A model generated the notes under the pieces. The model saw only the letters and a list, made by a program, of their open reading frames with translations, ran no database searches and was not told the origin of the DNA. From Negaprion brevirostris (lineage: Eukaryota), in assembly GCA_030324005.1 (NCBI GenBank), contig JARDVH010000193.1, positions 70,981,974-71,043,947 of the forward strand: a stretch of DNA of 61,974 nt, in the 5' to 3' direction. The position numbers and the translations under genes were made by a program. Position 1 is the stretch's first letter, and every line of letters starts with the position of its first letter. Of this stretch, positions 25,109 through 37,510 are shown one piece after another.

Positions 25109-26153
25109 GGCGAAATCTTGAGCTCATGTTCGCTGTCTGCGAGGTTGCCGGCGGGGGCTGTAGATCAGGAAGCCGGCAAGAACGCGACTTTGGATCTTCC
25201 TGTCCCTCACCAGTGATGTCACCAGGTTCATACCCGTGATTTATATTTGTTTCCATGAATTTTAATTTAGATGACACACCGTCTTGCCATATCTTCAAAC
25301 CACGCCAACGTGATGTCACATTGGTGTGGTTTACAATAGGTTCACATGAGCGTGAACCTGTCAGGGAGGTCTTCCTGAGGTTGTAATGGTAAGTATAGCC
25401 CCTGGGGAATGAGGGACGTGGTGAATGCTACCCTGGCAGTGCCAACCTGTGCCAAGGGGCAGGCCCCAGTGGGAGCCTTGTGGGGTTCATGCAGATGTGG
25501 TTGTGAGCCAGGAGCGGACAGATGAGCAGTGGCTCCGGCAACGGCCATTGTGGAGGGTTGGCGGGTGGTGTTCCGCTTCCAACGCTAGGGGGGGAAGGGG
25601 GTCAATGATTGTGGGGTGGCGGAGAGGAGGGGCTGATGATTACGGAGGTGGAGAGGAGGGGCTGATGATTACGGAGGTGGAGAAACAGGCGGCTGGAAAC
25701 AGATGGGGAGAAACAGGAGGCTGAAAGAAGTGGGGGAGAAACAGGAGGCTGGAAACAGAGACAGAGAAACAGGAGGCTGGAAACAGAGGTGTAGAAACAG
25801 GAGGCNNNNNNNNNNNNNNNNNNNNNNNNNNNNNNNNNNNNNNNNNNNNNNNNNNNNNNNNNNNNNNNNNNNNNNNNNNNNNNNNNNNNNNNNNNNNNNN
25901 NNNNNGTGTGAATATCGGCTCTGACTGTGGGTAAGGTGGGGAGCCCCTGAGGCCTCCATGGTGGGTAGGGGGGAGATACATTGCTGATCAGGTGCTCTGA
26001 TCTCTGAACAGCTGGCGTGTGTCAACCCTGCCACCCCTGTAACTGGATGAATGATGCATCCTTGATTTTTTTTTGGCAGAGGGTTGTAAGACCTGGAGTG
26101 ATTTGCACCAGTTTTCTCATCAGGAGCAACGCTGCCATTTATAAGATTTCACC
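25109..26153. mobile_element. Non-autonomous Harbinger-type element with TIRs and CAG target-site duplication
   Basis: TIRs ggcgaaatctt / aagatttcacc (10 of 11 complementary), flanked by cag on both sides (25106-25108, 26154-26156). 3-bp CWG TSDs are known for some Harbingers. Confidence 0.65.
25621..25805 (+). repeat. Compound minisatellite: 29-bp unit x2, then 28-bp unit x4.5 or more, continuing into a 100-N gap
   Basis: ggagaggaggggctgatgattacggaggt x2; agaaacagg(a/c)ggctg... recurs at 25681, 25709, 25737, 25765 and 25793. Confidence 0.85.
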
Positions 26154-26439
26154 CAGAGAGTTGGTCACCGTGTTCATACCGATCCCAGATGTCCCAGAAA
26201 AGGGAGCTGAGATTTTCAGATGTCTAGCTGACAAAAACCTGCCATGTACAAGTCCATAGAACATGTGTGAGTGAGTGGCATATATGATATATGTGCCGTT
26301 CAGTCACAGTTGATCCCAAAATCTGTCATAGCATGTTAAAATCTGACAATCCCAAAGATAATGACGTTCTGATCAAATCAAACTAAAAACTGCAACACAA
26401 CAGTAGATAGTCTTGGTTGAAATGATTCAATTAAAGAAC

Positions 26440-26770
26440 AGTTTGCCTTTATTCAGGATGTCCCATAGCACTTTACAGCCAATGATGTATATTTGAAATG
26501 CAGTCACTATTGTAATGTAGGAAATATGGGAACCAATCTTCACCAAGTAAGATTGCAGAAGCTAACAAATACATAAATGACTAGATAATCTGTTTTAATG
26601 ATTTTGGCTGAGGGATAAACATTGTTCCAGATACTATTTTTTGAATAAGGCCGTGGGATCATTCACCTCAGCAATCAGACAGAGACTCAGTTTAATGATT
26701 CATGGAAGTGTCAGCCTAAGTTATCTGCTCCAATTCTACAGGGTGAGGTTGAATCTACAATTTTCAAAAT
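26440..26770 (-). mobile_element. SacSINE1/DeuSINE-like element
   Basis: tcaggatgtccca.agcactttacagccaatga...ttgtaatgtaggaaa...gctgagggataaacattg. Confidence 0.6.
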
Positions 26771-26849
26771 ACGAGGGCCTGAACTGTCACTTTTCCAGGG
26801 CAGTAAGTGACCCATCGATCTTGCCAACTTTCTTCGATGGGTTGTGGTA

Positions 26850-27210
26850 TGGCTGGCAAGGCCAGTATTTGTCACCTATCCCGAATTGGCCCTCAAACTA
26901 AATGGCTTGCTGGGTTATTTGGAGCACATTAAGAGTCAACCACATTGCTCTGGGTATGGAGTCACATGTAGGCCAGACCAGCCAAGGATAGCAGATTTCC
27001 TTCCCTCAAAAGGACATTAGTAAACAGATGGGTTTTTCATGCCATCAGTCAGTGACACTTTCATGGTTACCATAATTGGAACTAGTTTTTAAATTCCAGA
27101 TTTAGTGATGAATTTAAATTACACTAACTGCTATAGTGGGATTTGAAACCATATCTCCAGGAGCCTTTAAGAGGTTACTAGGCTAGTGACATTACCACAA
27201 CACCACCATT
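26850..27210 (-). mobile_element. tRNA-derived SINE with LINE-derived tail (family of 15045)
   Basis: ggccagtattt...ggagtcacatgtaggccagacc...gatttccttccct...gtgggatttgaa...ctagtgacattaccac. Confidence 0.65.
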
Positions 27211-27648
27211 TACCAGCAGCTAGAAAGGGCAGCAGTTTTACTGCTGTTGTTGCAAACACTAGCCTCATTTATATTAATCACTGAGCTGGTTACATGTCCA
27301 AGCAGTAACTAATTCAGCTTTACATCTCTTCGCTTCGATCTTTGCCCAGAATAAAGGATGGATCATAAAATTATCCAACCAAATATACGTGATTTAATAA
27401 TTCCTGACCACTGATGGCAACCCAAAAGAAAAAGAAAATTCAGATTTGTATTCTTACTTCCCTGTTTCATTCGCCGGAATCCTTTGATCTTGTTTGCTCC
27501 ACCACCACCATCAGTGAAAATGGAGAATTTGGCACTCAGCCAAAACTCCATTCACTGCAGCGGGACTGGAGAATCCCAGCTGTGGGTGGGGTCAGCAAAT
27601 TCAATTCAAAGTCACACCTCGCTGGTATCATTAAGCAACCTCTTTCAC

Positions 27649-27938
27649 GGCAGTATGGTGGCACAGTGGCCTCACAGTGCCAGGGTCCCAGTTTGATTCC
27701 AGCCTCGGGTTACTGTCTGTGCGAAATTTGCACATTTTCCCCGTTACCATGTGAGTTTCCCCTAGGTGCTCTAGTTTCTTCCCACAGTCTGAAAAATGTG
27801 CTGGTTAGGTGCATTGGGCATGCTAAATTCTTCCTCATAGTACCCATACAGATGCCAGACTGTGGCGACGAGGAGATTTTCAAAGTAACTTCACTTTAGT
27901 GTTAATGTAAGCACACTTGTGACAATAATAAATAAACT
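27649..27938 (+). mobile_element. tRNA-derived SINE, second tail type
   Basis: Head, core and gtgttaatgtaagcacacttgtgacaataataaataaac tail. Confidence 0.85.
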
Positions 27939-28874
27939 GTAATTATTAAACTGATAGGGCAGATGGACAATATTGATAGGGAATAATAATATCAGTTATG
28001 GAATCATACAGTGCAGAAGGAGGCCATTTGGCCAATCTAGTCTGCACCCCAGAGTGAAGGGGGGAGCAATCGAGGACCCCCCAGGATGTTGGGTGCCAGA
28101 AAGGGGTGCACCCTGGGTATTGTCACCTTGGCAGTGCTAGCCTGAGCCCCCTGCCAGTGTCCAAGAGGTAAAATGTCAATACCCATAGGGCATTTTGGCA
28201 CTGCCCATTGAGCATGGGGCTGTGCTAAGGGAGTAAGGCCTATTAGGGGCAGGGTCTGATGGGGAGGTGGGCATCCTGCTGCCAGTTTGCACTTTGAGTT
28301 GAATGACAGAGGGGAACTGAGGAGGATTGGGAGGCCAATGCAGCAGAGTTCCAGCATGAGTCTCATATATAGTTGGTGCAAGAACAGGACTATTCCAGAT
28401 GATCTTTTCATGGTCTGTTAATTAGGCTACAAACACTTGAATTGCAATATTTTGCACGTTCATGATGAGAATTCTAATTGACCTTTAGAAGAACTGTACT
28501 TTCCCAATCACCGGTACAATCCGGGTAACTGTGACACGGGAATTGTATTGAAATCTGTGTACGTATTCTGCACTGAACAGGTTGCAAATTACAACCAATT
28601 CTTTCAAAGTCCCAGAGACATATCTGGCAGGTACCATATTGTGGGCACCTTGGTGGCATGGTGCCATGGTACTGAATATTCTTCGTCATAAACCCAGTCT
28701 TCTAGCCTTACTCCCCAGTTCATAATCTTGGTCATGATATGCCAAATGGAGGGAAATTGAAAGTTCAAAAAAAAGCAACAATTGCAAACTAGTTGCTTGG
28801 TGTTTAACTATAGGTCATTCAATGGCACCTTTTCTTTTGAGTCAGAAGGTTGAGAGTTCAATTCCACACCTGGG

Positions 28875-29075
28875 ACATATAGGAACTTAGGAAAAAGGAA
28901 CAAGAGTGGGCCATTCAGCCCATTGAGCCTACTCTGCCATTCAAACAGATCGTGACCAATCAACTAACTCTTATACCACTTTTTCCACTATCTCCATATC
29001 CTTTGATATCATTAGTATCCAGAAGTCTATCAATTCTTTTCTTGAACAAGTTCAATGACTGAGCTTCCACAGTCT
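28875..29075 (-). mobile_element. CR1 LINE 3' end fragment
   Basis: ggccattcagccc..tgagcct.ctctgccattcaa...tcaatgactgagcttccacag. Confidence 0.65.
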
Positions 29076-29081
29076 GCTAGG

Positions 29082-29151
29082 ATAAAGAACGATGTGGATA
29101 TGCCGGCGTCGGACTGGGGTAAACACAGTAAAAAGTCTGACAACACCAGGT
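29082..29151. mobile_element. Penelope-like element terminus (runs into a gap)
   Basis: aaagaacgatgtggatatgccggcgtcggactggggtaaacacagtaaaaagtctgacaacaccagg; the same motif occurs at 16996-17049. Confidence 0.55.
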
Positions 29152-32100
29152 NNNNNNNNNNNNNNNNNNNNNNNNNNNNNNNNNNNNNNNNNNNNNNNNN
29201 NNNNNNNNNNNNNNNNNNNNNNNNNNNNNNNNNNNNNNNNNNNNNNNNNNNTGAGGCTGGCATGTTAGGGTGGCCAGCGATCGGGCCATGGGGGGGGGGT
29301 GTGGTCTCACGGCTGGAGATGTGGGTATTGTGGGTCTGGCCAGTGATCGGGCTGACCAGTACTTGGGAGGCCAGCAGAAAGGGGCCATTGAGCATGTACC
29401 AATCTTGGTGCTGACAGATCGGCGCATACACAGTGGTCCCTCAGTGCTATGCTGCATAGCAGTGCACTGAGTGGAAGATTCATTCCTGAACACCTTCTGA
29501 AAAAAACAATGGGATTAACTCCAGTTTTTATGCGAATACAACACTTAGAATTTTTTTTTAGGAGAATCGGGGTTTGTGTCATATATTTCAAATCTAGTGT
29601 TAAGCTTTGTGAAACATATTGAAAACATCACAATATATAAACCATCAGCCAAAAAGGTTTCAGTCCCAATTAGATTTTATTACTTGCTCGTATTATGTAC
29701 AACATGGATCATTATTGCAAGCAATTTTTGCACTCACACATTGTACCAGAAATGTTTAATTTTGTTAACTGTTTGGATTGTGCAGTTGTAAAGATCTACA
29801 GAGCACATTTTCAAGAATCAATAAATTCTCAGTGTTAATTTCAAAAGTCAGAAATCCTGTATTTCAGTGGATTATCCCATGCCTCTCAATTAGTCAACTT
29901 TAAGGAGATTGTCTTTCGCTGCAAGCCTAACCAAGAACTTAGTCCATCATTATGGAGCTGATTCTATCCATTATAGACTTGCGACATAAATAAAGGCTTC
30001 TGTCACACATATACCCCAACTTATTTGCCACTTTGTGATTGGAATTGCTACAGCCAACACTTACACTGTAGAAGAAGATAAGTAGNNNNNNNNNTGAGGA
30101 GAAAGGAAGAGATCAAAAGGATCGTGGGGAAAGTTGGTATGAGGCCAGGATGATAGGAACAGCATGAGGAAGAATGGGTCTGAGGAGTTGCATTCTTGGG
30201 AGGAAGGGTAATACGTGAGAAGATGTCAGTTCACAGCACTATGGCATGAGTTGACTGCACATCTGGAGAGTGTTTATATGAATATCATCACTCTTTCTGA
30301 GCTAGTGAAAGCTAAATCTGCCTTGAATTTTTTGTTGGCTCCAGCCCTTTCCAAGCTGCTGGCTGAGATTAGGTTGCCATTGATCAAAGCATAGTGTTGA
30401 ATTGTATAAAGGTGATTGAAGCTTTCACGGTGCATTCTTCATGCTTCATTTATTTCCTTTTTCCAAAACAGTGAATCAACAATTGTCAAAGCAATAGACG
30501 CTCATTGCAAAATCATTTCCACAAATCCAGGGTAGCTCAATGCTGTACACAGAAAGATCCTGACACTATCTGGAAAGCCAGTGATCTGTAACTACTGAGA
30601 AGGTCTCTATTGCCTCAATGCATAGGAAATCTGCGATGCACATAATAATCTGATACTGATCATTGCCAAATCCCTTCAATTGAAAACAGTTTTCCATTCT
30701 AAATAGAGACTGTGCATCTAATTTATTTGAGGATGGTGGCCACTCTGAAGCCTTCTTACATGAACAAGAGCAAGCTTTGAAACCTTGGTTTTGTTACATT
30801 ACCACAAAAAGCACAAGGTGTCAAAGACACAAAATAAAAGGTATTTCCTCATCGCCCCTGTAATCCGACCTCTAAAAACCTTGGCATGTTAAATCATCTC
30901 ATCAATTGTTGAATGTGCACTGAGAATACTGAAAGAGACATATAGATTTAAAATAATTGTTAGGATTAGTGGGGGAGAGAGGTATTTTCTCATCTAGAGG
31001 TGTACCTGTACCTCACTGCCTAAAAGGATGGGAGAGGTAGAAATTATCAGCAGATTTAAAAAGTAGGAACAGTGGAAATAGAAGCAATCGAAGGCCATTT
31101 GGCACATAGTGCCTACTCCTCTATTCAAACCATGTCTGATCATTGATGTCTTGCACCATTTCTCCACTGTCCCCAAATCCCTTGAAATACTTGGATGTCT
31201 CCCTGAAGAGCAGAAAGCTGCAGGTCTATCAACCTAATGCAGGAAGGTGGGATTAGCCCAGGCAACTCTATGCCAAACAGCATGAACACTGGCCAAATGG
31301 TCTTCTTCTGTGTCATTGGTTTTCTATAATTCTCTGATTTCTGTGAAGAAAAGAAGAAGGTGCCTACGTTCATTGTCTGAGTCTCAGTGCAGGACACAGT
31401 AAATGCGCCAAATAGTTGTAGCAATTCAACAATGAATGCAATTTTTGTTGGTGAAGAATGCATGTGAGTGAAGGCAGTAAGAAGGTGGACTTTCGATAGT
31501 CTGTGCCAGTGATTCCTTCTGCTATTCTTTGAAGGGCTGTAAGTGATAGGAAATTGCTTCGCACAAAGAATTCCTAAATCTGATGAGCACATGTTCTCCC
31601 AGGTCAAAAATCGGCTTTTTTTTAATGCATTCATGGTATGTGGGCATTGCTGGCTAGCATTTATTGCCCATCACTAAGTGCCCTTGAACTGAGTGAATTT
31701 CAGAGGACATTTCAGAGTCAATCACATTGCCATAGATCTGGAGTCACATGGAGTTACAGGCCAGATAAGGTTGACAGGTTTCCTTCTTCCCTTTACTTCT
31801 CGCTTGCCTTCACCTGGTGGAAAGCAGTGTGACCTTCCCCATTTGGAAAGGGATTAAAATTGCGATTGGGACCCGATGGCCTTATCAGATCTAGATCTAC
31901 ATATTTAAAGAAGGCCTGCTCTTGTGGGGGTTACCCATTCCAAAAAGCTGATTAAGATAGAAAGTGGCAGGATTCACACGGCACATCATTGCAATCCCTT
32001 TCTCAGTGCTCCCTTGTTGCTCAATTTCATGTGTTGTACAGCAGACACTATGACATTGAACGTTTCTTCACATCAAACCGCATTCTAGTCATTCTGAAGT

Positions 32101-32566
32101 TTAACAGACCAGTCAGATCAAAGAAGGATCAATGCTTTCCGATCTTTGATCCATGAACTTGTCTAAATGTTCCAGTTAACGTCCTCTTCATACACAACAC
32201 GCCTACTTTGAATACTTATTAATGTCTTTATTTTCCTGCTGAGACTCCCGCAGTCTCTGATATGTGGAAATTGCAGTTCATCTTCTCAATTCATCTTTTA
32301 TAACTTGTAACGCTGAATCCTTTGTACTAGTTAATCAGCTGCTTCAGAAGATCCAACCAATGTTTCTGCTCGAGGATGACTGTATCTAGGCTGATGTCTG
32401 AAATTTGACATTTTTGTGTTGCAAACCTTGCTGCAGGGAGACGGAATGATTGTCTCTGGTTCAGTTAAAAGGTCTATCTGTGGAAAAAGGACAAGAATGA
32501 TACTAATAGACTTTCACAGCTCTCACAAACCTTTACACTGAGACACCACAATCAGCAAGAGATAAT

Positions 32567-32701
32567 GGCTGAAATTCTCTGATGTCATACGCCCCGCCGT
32601 TGCTGCTGGCAAAAATGGGGAACTTGGGGCACAGCCAAACTCCATTCAGAGTAGTGGGATCGGAGAATCCCAACCATGGGTAAAGTTGGAAAATTCTGGT
32701 C
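32567..32701. mobile_element. 135-bp MITE with AAT target-site duplication
   Basis: ggctgaaattctc ... gaaaattctggtc flanked by aat/aat. Internal cagccaaa(a)ctccattca...ggagaatccca is shared with 27500-27600 and (reversed) 40548-40645. Confidence 0.6.
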
Positions 32702-33039
32702 AATGTCCCATACTGGTTGATAAACTGGCATTGTCTTTGTTGTATTGGATAAAACAAAGCTTTGCTATTCACGAAATCATATCCAAATGTAATGACACTT
32801 ACCAGTTAATGAGGTAATTTCCACTTCAAAGCCCGCATGGACAAATCTGAATGTTTCTTCTTCCACAATGGTCAAGGCCTTTGTTAGTTGTGAATTGAAC
32901 CTGTGATTCAATTTCTGGTCCTTTCTGGTTAGCACATATGCTGAAATGACCTGCAATGACCTTCCATACTTTTCCACAATCCATTATCCTATTGTCCCAG
33001 AAATTGCTAAACAACAGGCTGACGCAAAACCTTCATTTC

Positions 33040-33318
33040 AAGTTTAAAGTTTATTTATTATTGTCACAAGTAGGCTTACATTAACACTGCAATTAAGTTA
33101 CTGTGAAAATCCCCGAGTTGCCACACTCTCGTGCCTGTTTGGGTACTGTGAGGGAGAATTAAACATGGCCAATGCACCTAACCAGCACATCTTTCAGACT
33201 GTGAGAGGAAAGTGGAGGACCTAGGGGAAACCCACACAGACATGGGAGAATGTGTAGACTCCACACAAACAGTCACCCAAACTGGGAATTGAATTCAGGT
33301 CCCTGGTGCTGTGAGGCA
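33040..33318 (-). mobile_element. tRNA-derived SINE, second tail type
   Basis: aaagtttatttattattgtcacaagtaggcttacattaacactgcaa...ccctggtgctgtgaggca. Confidence 0.85.
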
Positions 33319-34196
33319 TCTGTTGTGTGTTTTGGAAAATTTTCATGCACTATTTCAACAGGAATTTGTGGAAGATGCCTTGTAGACTGGAAATGATGTT
33401 ATTGTGAACTCTATACATGCCTCTCCCTGTTATTTTGATAGAGGTGTCACCCATGCAAAACAAAGAAGTTCACCTCTTCATGAAAGTGTGAGAAAGGGGG
33501 AGTTGAACATGGTCATGTTAAGTGTTTGATGATGGCACTCATCAAACACTCAATGTAACTCATCCAAGTTCTATAAGGGCCAAGGATGCAATTTACAGCT
33601 TAATTTTAACCTTCAATTTGGTGCCATTACATGTTTTAATATTGGATTTGTTCTCTATTGTCTGAGTTTACACTGTGTCATGATGCAGTTTTCCTTTCCT
33701 GAAAGATGTGCCTTTTCACTCAATATCTGGGATATATAGCCCTTGTGAATTTTGTTTTGTGTAAATGTCTCACAAACTACGTTTAAGCATTTTCCAAGCA
33801 CTGTTTATTGCAATAATATTTGCATCGCTCCCAAAAGTGGTACAAAATGTAGGTTTCTCAGCAATTCTGCATTGTGTGCAAGTGAACAAGCATTGAACAT
33901 CTGCACAATGAAGATAATCTTTGATAAAACACCATTACAACATGCTGGAAAGAGTTGAAAAATTGAAGAGTGGATTTAAACAAAACAACAATTTCATACC
34001 AGCTAGCTTTTAGAACTATAAGAATCGTGTTAAATAATTATCTGCATTTGAAGCATTATCAAATTATCTTCAGAATATGCTACATTAACAGTCACAGATC
34101 TAAATACATGGGCTTATTTTAACTTTAGCAATAGAGACTGAGAATAAATATCTGGTCAAAAACACATCAAAGTCAGCTGCCATTTACTGTGAAGCT

Positions 34197-34202
34197 TTTA
34201 TT
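34197..34202 (-). promoter_or_regulatory. Candidate polyadenylation signal of the TMEM182-family gene
   Basis: AATAAA on the minus strand ~650 nt after the stop, followed by a GU/U-rich tract (ctttgatgtgtttttg). An alternative AATAAA lies at 33804-33809. Confidence 0.4.
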
Positions 34203-34856
34203 CCACATAAACTAATCATTGAATCATAGCAACAGAAAAAGTTGAGATAGTATTTGATGCCATGAATGAAAATCAATAAGGAAAATATATTGTGTACAGT
34301 TATAACAGCGGGGATATCCAAAATAGCATTTTCTTTTTGTAGAATGTCATGGAATAAAAGCACTATTGAAACCATAATTACAGTTTTTGTCTTTTTTTAG
34401 AACATCTAATACAAAAAAAACACATCCTCAAAAACTGAGAAATACTTTTCAAAAATACTAATGGGTGAAGATTCGATTAATTTGGCTGACATTTCTCTGT
34501 CAGTTATTTTGTGGGGTTAATGCCTGAGTTCAAACAATGGAACAAGAAATGTCAGATAAATGTGGTGAAATGACCCAGCTGTAACCCATAGATTTAAAGA
34601 TCCTCTCGAGTCCAGCCAATGTCATCAAACTGAATTTCTGTGTTTTCAAATGTGATGCACCACCAAACCAAAAGAAAATATTCTCTGAAAAGAGAGCTGG
34701 GGCTAACTTCATACCTTTCCATGAATCTCAAAAACAAATGGACTCACAGTGCTTTCAAATATGTTGGGGCTTTGATGACTATTTTTGATCTCCCACTGCA
34801 CGTAACCAAACTAGCACCACACAAGAGTTGTTGCTCCAGACACCAATGGCTACCTT

Positions 34857-35083
34857 TTATTTCTGGTGGGCTGCGATGGTATGGCCAATTAGGTAGAATA
34901 GCAATCCAGACAGTAGAGCCAATGGAACCCCAGCGGCTGCAAACATGAAGGACCATCCGTACAGCACGTGGACTAGAACATCCATGCAACCCTTTCTTCT
35001 CTCCAGCAGTATGTAACTTTCCAAATCCACCACAAATTCCTTCCACATCACAAACAGAAATATAAGGATGGAAAATAATATCC
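34857..35083 (-). CDS. TMEM182: TMEM182-family gene, last coding exon (TM3 end, TM4, stop)
   Basis: Acceptor ctctttgcag|GG completes Gly. Translates ILFSILIFLFVMWKEFVVDLESYILLERRKGCMDVLVHVLYGWSFMFAAAGVPLALLSGLLFYLIGHTIAAHQK*, containing the claudin-family YGWSF motif. The four exons total 579 nt (193 codons) with no internal stop. Confidence 0.95.
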
Positions 35084-35444
35084 CTGCAAAGAGAGAAACT
35101 CCAGTGAGACATGGCAGCTCATATTTTGACACAATTGTTTATTGCTGCACAAATTGCAAATTGTACATTTACCAGGAGCTGAAATGAACACTGCCAGGAT
35201 TTATAGGTAAACGACTACATAGTGTCACTGGTGAAGGAAAACTCCCAGTGGATACCCTGAGGAGGTTTAGGTGGGAGAATATCAGCAGTACTAATTTTTA
35301 AAAAACTGTTATTAGACTCGACAAACCAAAACAGAAACTGAATAGATTGCCAACTCTGACCAGAGGTATTCCTGAAGATTTCATCACCTGATATGTGGAC
35401 CACATTTTTTACTCATTCCCAGCATGTGACTATTTATTATACAT

Positions 35445-35614
35445 CCCTAATTGCCCTTGGGAAGGTAATGGTGATCCACCCTAATTGCCCTTGGGAAGGT
35501 AATGGTGATCCACCCTAATTGCCCTTGGGAAGGTAATGGTGATCCACCCTAATTGCTCTTGGGAAGGTAATGGTGATCCACCCTAATTGCCCTTGGGAAG
35601 GTAATGATGAGCCA
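35445..35614. repeat. 34-bp minisatellite, 5 copies, inside a minus-strand LINE 3' end (~35410-35900)
   Basis: ccctaattgcccttgggaaggtaatggtgatcca starts at 35445, 35479, 35513, 35547 and 35581; copies are nearly identical. Confidence 0.95.
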
Positions 35615-35956
35615 CTGCTTAAACTGTTACTGTCTATGTGGTGGCACATTGCTGAGTAAATCTAGCAGACAGGTAGACAATGCTGCCAAGGCACATTGGT
35701 TGTGGAGGGAATGAATTTAAGGTGGTGGAAGGGCTGCCAATCTAGCTTGCTGCTTTGTCCTTGATGGTGTTGTGCTTCCTGTGTGTTGTTGGAGCTGCAC
35801 TCATTTGGGCATGTAGAGAGCATCACATCACTTTCCTGATTTGTGCCTTTAAATGATGGATAGGCTTTGGAGAGTCAGAAGGTGAGTTACTCATCACAAA
35901 TAAGGAAGACATCGATCAACGTCACTCCAGATACATCAAGAGTTCATCCACCAGTA

Positions 35957-36179
35957 TCTTCGACAGCAACCTACTGTCTCCACCTATTGCTGGCCCTCTA
36001 TCCAGCCCCACAGCACCTCACCACCCCACCCCCTCCTCTCCCAACAACAGTATAAATCTGATCTTATTTCCAATTGTTTGCAGTTCTGACAAAGAATCAT
36101 CCAGACTCATAATTGTAGTTCTGTTCTTTTTCCACAGATGCTATCTGATCTGTTGAGATTTTGCAAATTTTCTGTTTTT
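35957..36179 (+). mobile_element. Penelope-like element fragment with 10-bp target-site duplication
   Basis: gttctgacaaagaatcatccagactc...ccacagatgct...tgagattt, flanked by tccaccagta (35947-35956, 36180-36189). Confidence 0.6.
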
Positions 36180-37119
36180 TCCACCAGTAGCCAAGTCTGT
36201 TTTGAAGATTTCCAGACGTGCAGCTATTGATCCTACTTTACCTGAAGGAAGAATAGAGCTACTCTTTATTTCTAATCAGATTGAGCGAGTGCTCTCAGTG
36301 TGTTATAGAGGCTATTGTATCATGCAATGCATACTTAGCTCACAGCAAGAGGTTTACGCGTTCTTGTCTGCAGTTTACAGCCAGCTGTCAAATCAATTCC
36401 TCTGCCCACAGAAAATGCATGTGTCTGTTTGGTAACATGATAATAATTGCTGCTCTATGACCTGGACCAGAGTAGTGTGAACATAGAGACCACATGAGTC
36501 ATTGAGCAGCTGACTTGGAACTATAGGCACATCTCAGTATCCATGACATTTTTAGATGATGATTCTGATCAGAAGAGGGACAATTTTTTTTTCAGATCGC
36601 TCAAGAGACATTTCTATGACTGATTCTGATCTGTTTGAATTGAATATAATGAGATTTTAAATGGTCCTTTCACTTTCACGAGATACCGGTGTGGATGTTC
36701 ACTACGTCAGCTGATACTATTTTTATTGGTCCTTTACAATGCAAGGTGCTTTCTAGCCAAGGAAGTGGAGGATGGGGTCAGAAATGTAGAGAACGAACCA
36801 ATAATCTTTATTGCTTAGGTGTAAACGTTCTGACCACATCTCATTAACGTTCTGTGTTACCTAAACCCTAATGTTAGCTTTCAGATTAAGTCCAGTTGTA
36901 ACTTTAAATTTGCCAGCAATTAGAACAGTTTTAATTTAATATTTGTACAATTCTGAAATTCTTAACAGTGCTTTTGATTTCTTCACAATATTCAAATTAG
37001 TGAAATTAGACATTTAAAACCAGCAAAACAGCCAGTTTAAAGTGAGTTTTTTTTTAAATCACTTTTGCTAAGATACAACAAAGGAGAACATTTATAAAGT
37101 GAGATTTGAGACTCTACAA

Positions 37120-37510
37120 TGACCAAAGCACTTAAATAAAGCAAATAAAGTACTATTGAAATGTTGTAATGTAAAAAACATGGCAATATTTACATGGCTT
37201 ACACATAGCAAATCTCCACTAACAACAATGTGAAAATGACCAGATAGTCTGTTCTTGTGATGTTGATTGAGGAATTGGCCAGGACACTGCAGTTAACTCC
37301 CCTGCTCTTCAAAGTAGCACTATAAAATCTTTTACATCCACCTGAGGGTGAGACAGGACCCCATCTAACATCTCATCCAAAAGTTGGCACCTTCCACAGC
37401 AAAGTACCCCTTCAGTATTATACTGAGTGCCAGGCTAGACTTGTGCTCAAGTTTCAGAAGTAAGATTTGAAGCCCCAAACATCTGTCTCAGAGGCAAGAG
37501 TGGAACCAGC
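37120..37510 (-). mobile_element. SacSINE1/DeuSINE-like element
   Basis: ttggccaggacact...aactcccctgctcttc...atcttttacatccacctgag...ctagacttgtgctcaagt...tcagaggc. Confidence 0.65.

Noticed and set aside
31140-31634. 164-aa minus-strand ORF
   Set aside because: It spans CR1 tail fragments and at best has faint integrase-like similarity, with no splice or gene context.
35084-35132. N-terminal part (MSKYELPCLTGVSLFA) of ORF 34857-35132
   Set aside because: This is intronic read-through upstream of the splice acceptor, not a real start.
35445-35614. CRISPR-like array of ~34-bp repeats
   Set aside because: The units are head-to-tail with no unique spacers, derive from a LINE 3' end, and sit in a vertebrate context with no cas genes.
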